From Mesorhizobium sp. (GTDB taxonomy: Bacteria; Pseudomonadota; Alphaproteobacteria; Rhizobiales; Rhizobiaceae), in NCBI RefSeq assembly GCF_035944705.1, contig NZ_DASZAX010000011.1: 64,000 bases of DNA; one strand, written 5' to 3'. Numbering within the stretch: position 1 is the first letter of the stretch; each line of letters starts with the position of its first letter. The position numbers and the translations under genes are program-made. This document shows, piece after piece, positions 46,018-56,503 of the stretch. The notes under the pieces were generated by a model. It was not told the origin of the DNA and made no database searches. It saw nothing but the letters and a program-made list of their open reading frames with translations.

Positions 46018-47115
46018 ATGGCGCAGATCAGAATCCAGAACGTGCGCAAGGAGTTCGGTCCGTTCACGGCCGTGCGCTCCTCATCCTTCACCATCGAGGA
46101 CGGTGAGTTCTTCATGCTGCTTGGCCCCTCCGGCTGCGGCAAGACGACGACGCTGCGCATGATGGCTGGCCTCGAGCTGCCGACCTCGGGCGAGATCTTC
46201 ATCGACGGCGAGGAAGTCGGCATGAAGCGGGCGAGCCAGCGCGACATCGCCTTCGTGTTCCAGATGTTCGCGCTCTATCCGCATATGAACGTGCGCAGGA
46301 ACATCTCCTATCCGCTGGTCAGCCAGGGCATGAAACGCGAGGAGGTCAGGACACGCGTCGCCGAGGTCGCTCGTATCCTCCGGATCGAGCACATCCTCGA
46401 CAAGCCGGTCGGCGGTCTTTCCGGCGGCGACCGCCAGCGCGTGGCGCTCGGCCGCGCCATCGTGCGGCGGCCGAAGGCCTTCTTCATGGACGAGCCGCTC
46501 GGTGCGCTCGACGCCGAGTTCCGCGAGCACATGGCGGAGGAACTGCGGGCGCTGCACGACCGCATGGGCGCCACCACCGTCTATGTCACGCACGACCAAC
46601 TGGAAGCCATGCAGATGGGCGACAAGATCGTCGTCATGAACCATGGCGTCGTCGAGCAGTTCGGCCGGCCGCAGCAGATCTATGACTGGCCGGCGACTAA
46701 ATTCGTCGCCCAGTTCATAGGCTCGCCGTCGATGAACTTCCTCGATTTCGAAGGCATGATCGGCATCAACGGCGACAGCGTCGATCTCGGCGGCGTCAGG
46801 ATCAAGGTGCCGGCTGTGCGCGAGGGCCGCGCCGGCCGTCTCACTCTGGGCGTGCGGCCCGAACATGTCAGCTTCCGCGACGATGCTCCTTATCGCGGCC
46901 GTGTCAGCGCCGTCGAATATCTCGGTACCACCCAGATCGTGACGCTCGCCACCGCACATGGCGACCTGAAGGCGCGCATCTCGTCTGCCCAGGCGGTGCG
47001 CGAGGACGAGCTGGTCGGGCTGGAGTTCGACCCGCGCACGCTGTCGTTGTTCGACGCCGAAAGCGGCAAGGCGCTGCTGTCGCAGGCCAATGAAGGGGTG
47101 CTCGGCCATGGCTGA
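46018..47115 (+). CDS. ABC transporter ATP-binding protein (MalK/UgpC type), first of two
   Basis: Walker A GPSGCGKTT, signature LSGGDRQRVALGRA, Walker B FFMDEPL. Confidence 0.9.
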   Translation: MAQIRIQNVRKEFGPFTAVRSSSFTIEDGEFFMLLGPSGCGKTTTLRMMAGLELPTSGEIFIDGEEVGMKRASQRDIAFVFQMFALYPHMNVRRNISYPLVSQGMKREEVRTRVAEVARILRIEHILDKPVGGLSGGDRQRVALGRAIVRRPKAFFMDEPLGALDAEFREHMAEELRALHDRMGATTVYVTHDQLEAMQMGDKIVVMNHGVVEQFGRPQQIYDWPATKFVAQFIGSPSMNFLDFEGMIGINGDSVDLGGVRIKVPAVREGRAGRLTLGVRPEHVSFRDDAPYRGRVSAVEYLGTTQIVTLATAHGDLKARISSAQAVREDELVGLEFDPRTLSLFDAESGKALLSQANEGVLGHG

Positions 47116-48103
47116 TGTCGTGCTTGAGAACGTGACGAAGCGCTTCGCTGACACGGTCGCGCTCGACAATGTCTCGCTGACGGTTCCCGACGGTGCCTTC
47201 GTCGTGCTGCTCGGACCAACCGGCGCCGGCAAGACGACGACGCTGCGCATGGTCTCCGGCCTCGACACACCCGACAGCGGCGAGGTCTATCTCGGCGGCC
47301 AGCCGATGAAGGGCCTGTCGCCAGCCGAGCGCAACGTCGCCATGGTCTTCCAGCAATACTCGCTCTACCCGCATCTGACGGTTCGCCAGAACCTGGAATT
47401 CCCGCTGAAATCGCCGCTGCTGCGGACGCCTCGCGATGTCATCGACGCCAAGGTCAAGGAGGTCGCCGAGGTCCTGCAGATCGCCCACAAGCTGGACAAC
47501 AAGGCGACCGCGCTGTCCGGTGGCGAGATGCAGCGTGTCTCCATCGGCCGCGCGCTGGTGCGCAACCCCGAGATCTTCCTGATGGACGAGCCGCTGAGTT
47601 CGCTCGACGCCAAGCTGCGGGCCGATCTGCGTATCGAGCTGAAGCGCATCCAGGCGAAGCTCGGCGCCACCTTGCTCTACGTCACCCACGACCAGATCGA
47701 AGCGATGACCATGGCGACCCATGTCGGCGTGCTCAACGAAGGCAGGCTGGTGCAGTTCGGTTCGCCGCGCGAGGTCTATGAGCAGCCAGTCAGCGTCTAT
47801 GCCGCGACCCGGCTTGGACAGCCGCGCATCAACGTGCTGCCGGCAGACCTGTTTGCCGGCGCGCCGGCGGGCGCCAAGAGCATCGGCCTGCGCCCCGAGC
47901 ACATCGTGCAGGGCGACGGCGAGGAGGCGCTGGTCAAGCGGGTCGAGCATCTCGGCGACCAGACGCGCCTGCACCTGACCTTGAGGAGACACGACCTCGT
48001 CACTGTGACCGACGCGCACACGCCGCTCAGGGGCGGTGAGACTATCCGTATCCAACCCTCCCGGCCGCTCTATTTCGACGCCGCCGGCATGCGCCTCATC
48101 TAG
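47108..48103 (+). CDS. ABC transporter ATP-binding protein, second of two
   Basis: Walker A GPTGAGKTT, signature LSGGEMQRVSIGRA, Walker B FLMDEPL. Overlaps the previous gene by 8 nt. Confidence 0.9.
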   Translation: MADVVLENVTKRFADTVALDNVSLTVPDGAFVVLLGPTGAGKTTTLRMVSGLDTPDSGEVYLGGQPMKGLSPAERNVAMVFQQYSLYPHLTVRQNLEFPLKSPLLRTPRDVIDAKVKEVAEVLQIAHKLDNKATALSGGEMQRVSIGRALVRNPEIFLMDEPLSSLDAKLRADLRIELKRIQAKLGATLLYVTHDQIEAMTMATHVGVLNEGRLVQFGSPREVYEQPVSVYAATRLGQPRINVLPADLFAGAPAGAKSIGLRPEHIVQGDGEEALVKRVEHLGDQTRLHLTLRRHDLVTVTDAHTPLRGGETIRIQPSRPLYFDAAGMRLI

Positions 48104-48116
48104 GGAGAGCAGTTTC

Positions 48117-49736
48117 ATGGCCCAGTTCATCAACAAGCGCGAAGACGTCGTCACCGAGGCGATCGACGGCGTGCTCGCGCTCTCCGGCGGCGCGCTGACC
48201 CGTCTCGACGGCTATCCGCACATCCGTGTCGTGCTGCGCAGCGATTGGGACAAGTCCAAGGTGGCGATCGTCTCGGGCGGCGGCTCCGGCCATGAGCCGG
48301 CCCATGTCGGCTTCGTTGGCAAGGGCATGCTGACGGCTGCCGTCTGCGGCGACGTCTTTGCCTCACCGAGCGTCGATGCGGTGCTGGCAGGGATCCTTGC
48401 CGTCACTGGCCCGGCCGGCTGCCTGCTCATCGTCAAGAATTACACCGGCGACCGGCTGAACTTCGGCCTCGCCGCCGAGCGTGCGCGCGCCTTCGGCCTC
48501 AACGTTTCCATGGTGATCGTCGGCGACGATATCGCACTGCCCGACCTGCCGCAGGCGCGCGGCGTCGCCGGCACGCTGTTCGTGCACAAGATCGCCGGCG
48601 CGCTCGCGGAACGCGGCGCCGATCTTGACGCAGTCACTTCGGCCGCCAAACGCGTCATCGCCGGCACACGCTCCATCGGCATGTCGCTCGACACCTGCCG
48701 GGTTCCGGGCTCGCCGAAGGAAGACCGCATTCCCGAGGGCAAGGCCGAACTCGGGCTCGGCATCCATGGCGAGGCCGGCGTCGAACAGATCGATTTCGCC
48801 GGCGCCAGGGCCTCCGTCGCTACAATGGCCGAAAGGTTGGCCGCCGTGATGGGCGAGGGGCCGCATGTCGCGCTGATCAACAATCTCGGTGGTACCTCTG
48901 TGCTGGAGACGTCTGTGCTCGCGCACGAGCTTGTCGGCTCGTCGGTCGGTGCAAGCATCACCCACACCGTCGGTCCCGCGCCGCTGATGACCTCGCTCGA
49001 CATGCAAGGCTTTTCGATCTCGGTCTTTGCCGCCAATGCGGCCGAGCTGGCCTTGTTGAAGACGCCTGTCCCGATCGCAGCCTGGCCGGGCGTGTCCGAG
49101 GTCAGCCCGATCATCGTCGCCGCTCTGCCGGACGGCCTGACGCCGATCATGCCGATGCCGTCCAACCATGCCGCGACACGCGCTTTCCTGATCAATTGCT
49201 GCAACGTGCTGATCGCTGCTGAGCAGGACCTCAATGCCCTTGATGCCAAATCCGGCGATGGCGACACCGGTTCGACCCTGGCAGGTGCCGCCCGTGCATT
49301 GATCAACGCCATCGACCGCCTGCCGCTGTCCGATCATACGCAGCTGCTGCGTGCCATCGGCCTGGAGCTCAGCCAGACCATGGGTGGCTCCTCCGGCGTG
49401 CTGCTCGCCATCTTCTTCGCCGCCGCCGGCGACGGCGCATCGAGCGGCCTGCCGATCCGCGAGGCGCTGCGGGCAGGGCTGGCGCGCATGCAGGAGATCG
49501 GCGGTGCCCATGTCGGCGACCGCACCATGGTCGACGCGCTGGCACCAGCGCTCGAAGCGCTCGGCAAAAGCATGGCCGATGCGGCGCAGGCGGCACGACA
49601 GGGCGCGGACTTCACCGCCACGCTCACCCGCGCCAAGGCCGGCCGCGCCGCCTACATCAACGCCCGGCAGCTCGAAGGGCATGTCGACCCGGGTGCCGAG
49701 GCGGTGGCGAGATTGTTCGAACATCTGGCGGCGTGA
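48117..49736 (+). CDS. Dihydroxyacetone kinase, fused DhaK-DhaL (ATP-dependent Dak type)
   Basis: MAQFINKREDVVTEAIDG...SGGGSGHEPAHVGFVG (K domain) ...DAKSGDGDTGSTL (L domain). Confidence 0.9.
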   Translation: MAQFINKREDVVTEAIDGVLALSGGALTRLDGYPHIRVVLRSDWDKSKVAIVSGGGSGHEPAHVGFVGKGMLTAAVCGDVFASPSVDAVLAGILAVTGPAGCLLIVKNYTGDRLNFGLAAERARAFGLNVSMVIVGDDIALPDLPQARGVAGTLFVHKIAGALAERGADLDAVTSAAKRVIAGTRSIGMSLDTCRVPGSPKEDRIPEGKAELGLGIHGEAGVEQIDFAGARASVATMAERLAAVMGEGPHVALINNLGGTSVLETSVLAHELVGSSVGASITHTVGPAPLMTSLDMQGFSISVFAANAAELALLKTPVPIAAWPGVSEVSPIIVAALPDGLTPIMPMPSNHAATRAFLINCCNVLIAAEQDLNALDAKSGDGDTGSTLAGAARALINAIDRLPLSDHTQLLRAIGLELSQTMGGSSGVLLAIFFAAAGDGASSGLPIREALRAGLARMQEIGGAHVGDRTMVDALAPALEALGKSMADAAQAARQGADFTATLTRAKAGRAAYINARQLEGHVDPGAEAVARLFEHLAA

Positions 49737-49817
49737 GCGGCGCACTTTCTTCGCTTCCCTTGTCGGAATCCTCCACGCCCGCCCGTCCTTGGAACGCCAA
49801 CCAGCGCGAGGAATGCG

Positions 49818-50408
49818 ATGCGAGAGTTGATCCTGACCATGACGATGTCGCTCGACGGATTTGTCTGCGGCCCCAACGGTGAAGCCGACTGGATACGCGA
49901 TGGCGATCAGGAGGCCATGGCCTGGAAGCTGGAAAACCTGTCGAATGCAGGCCTGCACATCATGGGCAGCCGTACCTTCCGAAGCATGGCCGCCTATTGG
50001 CCGACCGCCACCGGCGTATTCGCACCGCTCATGAACCAGATTCCCAAGGCCGTCTTCTCGAGGCAAGGGCCGGCGGTGCTGAAGGCAATCGGCACGCCGT
50101 CCGGGCAGCCGCAACCCCGTGCGGAAAGCTGGAGCGAGGCCTATGTCGCCAGCGGCAGCCTGGCCGATGAAATCGCAAGGCTGAAAAGCCAGGACGGCAA
50201 GCCAATCGTCGCCCATGGCGGTGCCGCCTTCGCGCGCAGTCTGATCGCTGAGGCGCTGGTCGATCAATACCGGCTGGTGGTGCATCCGCTGGCGCTGGGC
50301 AAGGGCCTGCCGATTTTTGCCGATCTCGTTTCGCCGGCCCGCCTCAAGCGGATCGACTCAAAAACCTTCCCGCTGGGCTCCGAGGCGCAGATCTACCGGC
50401 CGGCGTGA
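49818..50408 (+). CDS. Dihydrofolate-reductase-like (RibD C-terminal domain) family protein
   Basis: MRELILTMTMSLDGFV...DQYRLVVHPLALGKGLPIF. Confidence 0.8.
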   Translation: MRELILTMTMSLDGFVCGPNGEADWIRDGDQEAMAWKLENLSNAGLHIMGSRTFRSMAAYWPTATGVFAPLMNQIPKAVFSRQGPAVLKAIGTPSGQPQPRAESWSEAYVASGSLADEIARLKSQDGKPIVAHGGAAFARSLIAEALVDQYRLVVHPLALGKGLPIFADLVSPARLKRIDSKTFPLGSEAQIYRPA

Positions 50409-51917
50409 TCATGTCGGTGGGCCTTTGCGGTTCACAGTCTCAAGCGCATGGCCCAGCCGCGCCACGCCGACATCGATCTCCGCATTCGTCAATGCGGAGA
50501 AGCCGAGCAAGAGACCCTGGCGCGGGCTCTTACCGATGCACATGGGTGAAACCGGGAGAACGGTAACGCCGGCGCGGCGGGCAGCACCGGCGAAGCCGAC
50601 ATCGTCGATCCCATCGGGCAATTTCGCGATCATGTGGACGCCCTGGTGGGGCGTGTTCACCGTGAGCCGAGCCGCCGGTCGATCGCCGAGCGCCGACACC
50701 AGGCTGTTGCGGGACATCCGGTAGGCCTCGCGCAATCGTCTCAGATGGCTCGAGAAATGTCCTTCGCGCAGGAAATCGGCCACCACCAGCTGCTGGAACG
50801 GCGCCGGAAAACGATCGAGCAGGATGCGCATCCTGCGAAAGGCCGACACCACCCTGTCAGGAACGACGAGGTAGCCAAGGCGCAGCCCCGGCAGCAGCGC
50901 CTTGCTGAAGGTACCGATGTAGATGACGGTCTGATGGTCATCGATGCCCTGGAGTGCGGCGAGAGGCCGTTCGTCGTAGCGGAACTCGCTGTCGTAGTCG
51001 TCTTCCAGGATCCACGTGCCGTTTGCGGCTGCCCAGTCGACAAGCGCCAGCCGGCGGGCCATCGAGAGCACCGCACCTGTCGGATACTGGTTCGACGGGG
51101 TCACATAGACTGCCTGAATGGCGTCGCCGTGCTCGGCCAGGCTGTCGACGCGAATGCCGTCCCCGTCCACCGCAACGGCGACCTGCCGGGCACCGTGCGC
51201 GGCCAGGGCCAGCCCTGCCGGTGGATAGCCGGGATCCTCTATGGCCACCTGGTCTCCGGGGTCGGTCAGCGTACGAATGGCGAGATCGATCGCCTGCTGG
51301 GAGCCGGCGGTGATGAAGATGCGCTCGGGCGAGCAACGCAGGCCTCGCGCCGCGGCGAGATAGGACGACACCGTTTCCCTGAGAAGCAGTTCCCCCTGTG
51401 GGTCCCGGTAGTGGTCCGAGAGGATGCCGACATGGCGGTACGCCAGCCGCTTCAGGATGGAGCGCGTCTTCGCATCGGGGGCGGAACGGCCGGTAACGAA
51501 CGGTACCTGTGGCGGAGGTTCCAGCACCGCTGATTGAACGGATGCAAGTGCTGCGCGCGAGAGGCGCGGCGGGACGGCGGCGCGTTCCGTCTGCGCGTGT
51601 ACGGGTGTGACCAATCGCTCGGGCACATCCTTGGCGACATAGGTGCCCGATCCGCCGCGGCCGGAGGCATAGCCTTCGTTGAGCAGTGTTTCGTAGGCTT
51701 CGACAACGCTGCCGCGCGATACCGCCCAGAGCTTCGTCGCAGCGCGCGTCGAAGGCAGTCGCGCCGCCGCCGGTATCTGGCCGGAAACGATGGCCTGGCG
51801 CAACTGAAGGTAAAGCTGCCGGCTGATCGGCATAGTCGAATGGCGCTCCAGGGCGATGTGCACCAGATGGGCGGGGCCTTCATGCCGGCGTGAACTTCTT
51901 TCCACTCTAACTCCCAA
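50409..51917 (-). CDS. MocR/GabR-type regulator (GntR HTH fused to aminotransferase-I fold)
   Basis: N-terminal PISRQLYLQLRQAIVSGQIPAAARLPSTRAATKLWAVSRGSVVEAYETL. The C-terminal ~350 aa are aminotransferase-like (IYIGTFSKALLPGLRLGY). Confidence 0.85.
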   Translation of the reverse strand: MGVRVERSSRRHEGPAHLVHIALERHSTMPISRQLYLQLRQAIVSGQIPAAARLPSTRAATKLWAVSRGSVVEAYETLLNEGYASGRGGSGTYVAKDVPERLVTPVHAQTERAAVPPRLSRAALASVQSAVLEPPPQVPFVTGRSAPDAKTRSILKRLAYRHVGILSDHYRDPQGELLLRETVSSYLAAARGLRCSPERIFITAGSQQAIDLAIRTLTDPGDQVAIEDPGYPPAGLALAAHGARQVAVAVDGDGIRVDSLAEHGDAIQAVYVTPSNQYPTGAVLSMARRLALVDWAAANGTWILEDDYDSEFRYDERPLAALQGIDDHQTVIYIGTFSKALLPGLRLGYLVVPDRVVSAFRRMRILLDRFPAPFQQLVVADFLREGHFSSHLRRLREAYRMSRNSLVSALGDRPAARLTVNTPHQGVHMIAKLPDGIDDVGFAGAARRAGVTVLPVSPMCIGKSPRQGLLLGFSALTNAEIDVGVARLGHALETVNRKGPPT

Positions 51918-52150
51918 AGGCGGTCTGGGTCGATCCGCTGAAGTGGACCTTCAGTTTCGACGGAATTTGGGAGAATAATGAACCACTTCTAACAGGGTCA
52001 ACGCAAGATGCGTCGCTGTATGCCGGCTGCTCGAAACTCCTTTTTCGCTGTTTTGGCCACTGCCTGCCGGGCGATGCAAGCGACGCCCGTTCATGCTATG
52101 GTATGGACTTCGCAGCTGCATGCCGCACACGCGGCATCAGGAGGCCTGAC

Positions 52151-52369
52151 ATGACAGCTCTCCCACTGCTTGCAAGACTGCTGGGCGTTGTTGCGCTGGC
52201 ATTCGCGGTTTTGTCCCGCCGGTGGACATCGATCGATCTCCTGCCTCCCGAAGGCGCCATCTGCTCGGATCGTCTCGAGCGGGAAATGAGCGAGAGGATG
52301 CAATGGTCCAGGCCAGTCTGGCTTGCGTCGGTCTTCGACAACAGACCTGACTGGCACCCGGTGGATTAA
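52151..52369 (+). CDS. Hypothetical small protein (72 aa) with N-terminal hydrophobic segment
   Basis: ATG 52151 lies 6 nt after a perfect AGGAGG. MTALPLLARLLGVVALAFAVLS... Divergent from the MocR regulator. No family recognised. Confidence 0.4.
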   Translation: MTALPLLARLLGVVALAFAVLSRRWTSIDLLPPEGAICSDRLEREMSERMQWSRPVWLASVFDNRPDWHPVD

Positions 52370-52411
52370 GGCCTGACGCGCAAACTCAAAGCTGACGCAC
52401 ACCGGGAGCGT

Positions 52412-53404
52412 CTAGAGCGCCTTCACCAGCACGGTCTCGGGCTGCTCGATCTGGAGCGGATTGCGCAGCGGCAGGCCGAACTCAGGTGCTTCGATCTCGA
52501 ACACGTCGCCGCCTTTGGTGCGGATGCCGTCGGCGAAGGACAGTGTCGCGGTGCCGAACATATGCACGTGCACGTCGCCAGGCCGGCGAAACAGCGCGTA
52601 TTTGAAATGGTGGTGTTCGAGATTGGCGATCGAATGCGACATGTTGGTTTCGCCCGACAGGAACGGCTTCTGCCACAGCAGGTCGCCGTCACGCAGGATG
52701 CGTGAAGTGCCGCGGATGTCGGTGGGCAGGTCGCCGATCAGAATCTCCGGGCCGAAGGAGGCGTTCCTGAGTTTAGAATGGGCGAGATAGAGATAGTTGA
52801 CCCGCTCGGTGATGTGGTCGGAGAACTCGTTCGACAGGGCAAAGCCGACGCGGAACGGCATGCCGTCATCGCCGATCACATAGATGCCGGCGATCTCAGG
52901 CTCTTCGCCGGCGTCTTCGGCAAAGGCCGGTGAGAGCAGGGCGGCACCCGGCGCCACCGCCATGGTGCCATTGCCCTTGTAGAACCATTCCGGTTGGACA
53001 CCGGCCTGCCCAGCCGCAGGCTTGCCGGCTTCCAGCCCCATGCGAAACATCTTCATGGAATCGGTCAGCTGTTCCTCGCCCTCGGCATTCAGCTTCTTGT
53101 GCATGGCGTCGCGCGTTGCCGCGGAGCCGAGATGGGTGAGGCCGGTACCGGTGAGATGCAGATGCGCCGGGTCGGGATGGTTGATCGGCGACAGCAGCCG
53201 GCCCTTTCGGTAGAGCGCTTCAAGGTCGACCGTATCGGCAAGACCCTTCTTCTCGATCAGCGCTTCCAGACCGGTGCCGGTGCGAGCCGCTTCCGTTGCC
53301 AGTGAATAGACGCTGCGGGCGCCGGTGACGACACGGGCCTTGCCGCCGTTGCGGGCAACGACACGAATGGCGTCGCTGTCGTCGAGGAACTGAGAGATCA
53401 GCAT
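52412..53404 (-). CDS. gguC: GguC/AraD1-family FAH-fold protein
   Basis: Last gene of the chvE-gguAB cluster. ...HLTGTGLTHLGSA...GPEILIGDLP...FGTATLSF... resembles Agrobacterium GguC (AraD1). Confidence 0.8.
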   Translation of the reverse strand: MLISQFLDDSDAIRVVARNGGKARVVTGARSVYSLATEAARTGTGLEALIEKKGLADTVDLEALYRKGRLLSPINHPDPAHLHLTGTGLTHLGSAATRDAMHKKLNAEGEEQLTDSMKMFRMGLEAGKPAAGQAGVQPEWFYKGNGTMAVAPGAALLSPAFAEDAGEEPEIAGIYVIGDDGMPFRVGFALSNEFSDHITERVNYLYLAHSKLRNASFGPEILIGDLPTDIRGTSRILRDGDLLWQKPFLSGETNMSHSIANLEHHHFKYALFRRPGDVHVHMFGTATLSFADGIRTKGGDVFEIEAPEFGLPLRNPLQIEQPETVLVKAL

Positions 53405-53567
53405 GATGGCCTCTTTCCGCCGTCAATCCGGCAAAGTCCTTCCTGCGCGGCCCGGCTGGCGTTCCGCGTTCAAATGGTTCGTTCGGATGTTGCCCGCGAG
53501 GCTTCACTGCCCCGGATATGCGACCGGTCTCCCGGCTTGCGAGCTGTCCTGGCCCCTTGTTTCCGGG

Positions 53568-54827
53568 TCAGGCCTTTTTCTTGTTGTAGAGATCGAAGGC
53601 GACAGCGCCGAGCAGCACCAGGCCCTTGATGACCTGCTGCCAGTCGATGTTGATGCCCATGATGCCCATGCCGTTGTTCATGACGCCCATGATGAAGGCG
53701 CCGATGACCGCGCCGGCAACTTCGCCGACGCCGCCCATGGCCGAGGCGCCGCCGACGAACACCGCCGCGATCACGTCGAGCTCCATGCCGGCGCCGGCCT
53801 TCGGGGTCGCCTGGTTGAGGCGCGCCGCATAGATCAGGCCGGCCAGTGCCGCCAGCATGCCCATGATGACGAAGACATAGAAGGTGAGCCGCTCGGTCTT
53901 GATGCCTGAGAGGGCGGCGGCCTTGATGTTGCCACCCATGGCGAAGATGCGTCGGCCGAAGGTCATGCGCTTGGTGATGAACACGAACAACGCCGTCAGG
54001 ATGCCCATGACGATCAGAACGTTGGGCAGGCCCCTGTAAGACGCGAACTTGTACATCAGGAACATGATGATGACGGCCATGATGGCGTTCTTGATCGCGA
54101 ACAGGCCGAAGGGCTCGGTTTCGTGGCCATGGCTTTCCTGCGCGCGCCGCGCCCGCGTTGCGGCGTAGAACATGCCCAGCACGATCAGCAGGCCGATCAG
54201 CATGGTGGTCGAATGCAGCGCGATGCCGGTGTTCGGGATCGCCGCACCCGAGGCATTGAGCGCCGGTTCGACGATGGTCCAGCGACCGATGAAATCTGGA
54301 ATGAAACCAGCCGACAGCATCTGGAACTCGGTCGGGAACGGCCCGACGGAGCGGCCGCCGAGCAAAGCGAGCAGCAGACCCTTGAACACCAGCATGCCGG
54401 CCAGCGTCACGATGAAGGAGGGGATTTTCATATAGGCGATGAAGTAGCCCTGCGCGCCGCCGATGACGGCGCCGACCGCGATGCAGGCCACCGCGGCAAG
54501 CAGCGGGTTCCATCCGTAGTCCACCATCAGCACGGCCGCGACCGCGCCGACGAAACCGGCGACCGAGCCGACCGAAAGGTCGATATGGCCGGCGACGATG
54601 ACCAGCAGCATGCCGAGCGCCATCACGATGATGTAGGAGTTCTGCAGCACCACATTGGTCAGGTTGACCGGCAGGAACAGGATGCCGTTCGTCATCACCT
54701 GGAAGAATACCATGATGACGATCAGGGCCAGCACCAGCCCGTATTCGCGCAGGTTCTCCTTCAGCGCGTCGCGCATGGATTGCCTGGCGGGAGCCGTCTC
54801 GGTGGGCGTCGCGGTTTCGGTGGTCAT
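53568..54827 (-). CDS. gguB: Multiple-monosaccharide ABC transporter permease
   Basis: 419-aa polytopic ORF (XylH/GguB-like). Its start overlaps the gguA stop by 4 nt. Confidence 0.9.
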   Translation of the reverse strand: MTTETATPTETAPARQSMRDALKENLREYGLVLALIVIMVFFQVMTNGILFLPVNLTNVVLQNSYIIVMALGMLLVIVAGHIDLSVGSVAGFVGAVAAVLMVDYGWNPLLAAVACIAVGAVIGGAQGYFIAYMKIPSFIVTLAGMLVFKGLLLALLGGRSVGPFPTEFQMLSAGFIPDFIGRWTIVEPALNASGAAIPNTGIALHSTTMLIGLLIVLGMFYAATRARRAQESHGHETEPFGLFAIKNAIMAVIIMFLMYKFASYRGLPNVLIVMGILTALFVFITKRMTFGRRIFAMGGNIKAAALSGIKTERLTFYVFVIMGMLAALAGLIYAARLNQATPKAGAGMELDVIAAVFVGGASAMGGVGEVAGAVIGAFIMGVMNNGMGIMGINIDWQQVIKGLVLLGAVAFDLYNKKKA

Positions 54828-56368
54828 GATGCCGCTTTCTCCTCCCCGCGGACGATCGCCCGCATGATCTTTTCCTGGCTGGCCTCGTGCCCGGCCAGTT
54901 CGCCGACGATGCGGCCTTCGTTCAGCACGTAGATGCGATCGCAGATGCCGAGCAGTTCCGGCATCTCGGACGAGATCACCAGTATGCCTTTGCCCTCATC
55001 GGCCAGCTTGTTGATGATGGTGTAGATCTCGTATTTGGCGCCGACGTCGATGCCGCGTGTCGGCTCGTCGAGGATCAGCACGTCGGGATTGGAGAACAGC
55101 CATTTCGACAGCACCACCTTCTGCTGGTTGCCGCCCGAAAGGTTGCCGGTGACCTGGTAGACGCTGGAGGAGCGGATGTTGGTGCGCTTGCGAAAATCCT
55201 TGGCGACCTTCAATTCGCGCATGTCGTCGATGACACCGGCCTTCGAGGACACGCCCGGCAGATTGGCAACCGTCACATTGTGCTTGATATGGTCGATCAG
55301 GTTGAGGCCGTAGGTCTTGCGATCCTCGGTGGCGTAGGCGAGGCCGGCGGCCACCGCCTTTTCCACCGTCGTGGTGTCGGCTGCCTTGCCGTGCAGCAGC
55401 ACTTCGCCGCTGACCTTGGTGCCGTAGCTGCGGCCGAACACACTCATGGCGAACTCGGTGCGCCCGGCGCCCATCAGCCCGGCGATGCCGACGACCTCGC
55501 CCTTGCGCACCGACAGGTTGATGCCCTTGATGATCTGGCGCTCGGGGTGCAGCGGATGGTGGACCACCCAGTCCTTCACCTCGAAGATGGTTTCGCCGAT
55601 CTTCGGCGTGCGCGTCGGATAGCGGTCTTCCATGGTGCGGCCGACCATCGAGGTGATGATGCGGTCTTCGCTGACGTCGTCGCGGTCCATCGTCTCGATG
55701 GTGCGGCCGTCGCGGATGACGGTGACGCGGTCGGCCACCTTCTTCACTTCGTTGAGCTTGTGCGAGATCAGGATCGACGTCATGCCCTGGCGCTTGAATT
55801 CCAGCAGAAGGTCGAGCAGCGCATGGCTGTCCTTCTCCGAGAGGCTGGCGGTCGGCTCGTCCAGGATCAGCAGCCTGACCTCTTTCGACAGCGCCTTGGC
55901 GATCTCCACCAACTGCTGCTTGCCGACGCCGATATTGGTGATCAGCGTGTCGGGATTTTCGTTGAGGCCGACGCGCGCCAGCAGTTTCTTGGCGCGGCTG
56001 CGTGCCGCGTGCCAGTCGATGACGCCGAATTTCGCCTGTTCGTTGCCGAGGAAGATGTTCTCGGTGATCGACAGCAGCGGCACCAGCGCCAGTTCCTGGT
56101 GGATGATGACGATACCGACGCGCTCGCTGTCATGGATTCCGCCGAAACGGCATTCCTGGCCGTCGAAATGGATTTCGCCCTCATAGCTGCCATGCGGATA
56201 GACGCCGGAAAGCACCTTCATCAGCGTCGACTTGCCGGCGCCGTTCTCGCCGACGATGGCGTGGATCTCGCCTTCCTGGACACTCAGATTGACGTCCTGC
56301 AGGGCTTTCACCCCGGGGAACGTCTTGGTGATGCCGCGCATCTCCAGAATGGTTTTTGCCATTGCCAA
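54824..56368 (-). CDS. gguA: Multiple-monosaccharide ABC transporter ATP-binding protein (duplicated ABC domains)
   Basis: Walker A motifs GENGAGKST and [23 protein letters not shown] signature. 514 aa. Confidence 0.9.
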   Translation of the reverse strand: MAMAKTILEMRGITKTFPGVKALQDVNLSVQEGEIHAIVGENGAGKSTLMKVLSGVYPHGSYEGEIHFDGQECRFGGIHDSERVGIVIIHQELALVPLLSITENIFLGNEQAKFGVIDWHAARSRAKKLLARVGLNENPDTLITNIGVGKQQLVEIAKALSKEVRLLILDEPTASLSEKDSHALLDLLLEFKRQGMTSILISHKLNEVKKVADRVTVIRDGRTIETMDRDDVSEDRIITSMVGRTMEDRYPTRTPKIGETIFEVKDWVVHHPLHPERQIIKGINLSVRKGEVVGIAGLMGAGRTEFAMSVFGRSYGTKVSGEVLLHGKAADTTTVEKAVAAGLAYATEDRKTYGLNLIDHIKHNVTVANLPGVSSKAGVIDDMRELKVAKDFRKRTNIRSSSVYQVTGNLSGGNQQKVVLSKWLFSNPDVLILDEPTRGIDVGAKYEIYTIINKLADEGKGILVISSEMPELLGICDRIYVLNEGRIVGELAGHEASQEKIMRAIVRGEEKAAS

Positions 56369-56467
56369 ACCCGACGCCTGTGGAGCCCGCCCGCGGAAGG
56401 CTGGGTTCCCATGATACAGAACGGCCCAAGAGGCTAAAAGGGGCTGTTGAAAGCTGCGGAAGGAGCC

Positions 56468-56490
56468 CCGCGCCGGTGTTGCCGGCGCGG
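56468..56490 (-). terminator. Intra-operon hairpin just downstream of chvE
   Basis: CCGCGCCGG-tgttg-CCGGCGCGG (9-bp perfect stem) lies 14 nt after the chvE stop and before gguA. Confidence 0.4.
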
Positions 56491-56503
56491 AGCCCGAGCC
56501 TGG

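Noticed and set aside
46081-47268. 395-aa minus-strand ORF (also 46904-48154, 48363-50285 and 54887-56437)
   Set aside because: All are antisense to strongly supported ABC ATPase, Dak or gguA genes. They have the typical high-GC shadow-ORF composition.
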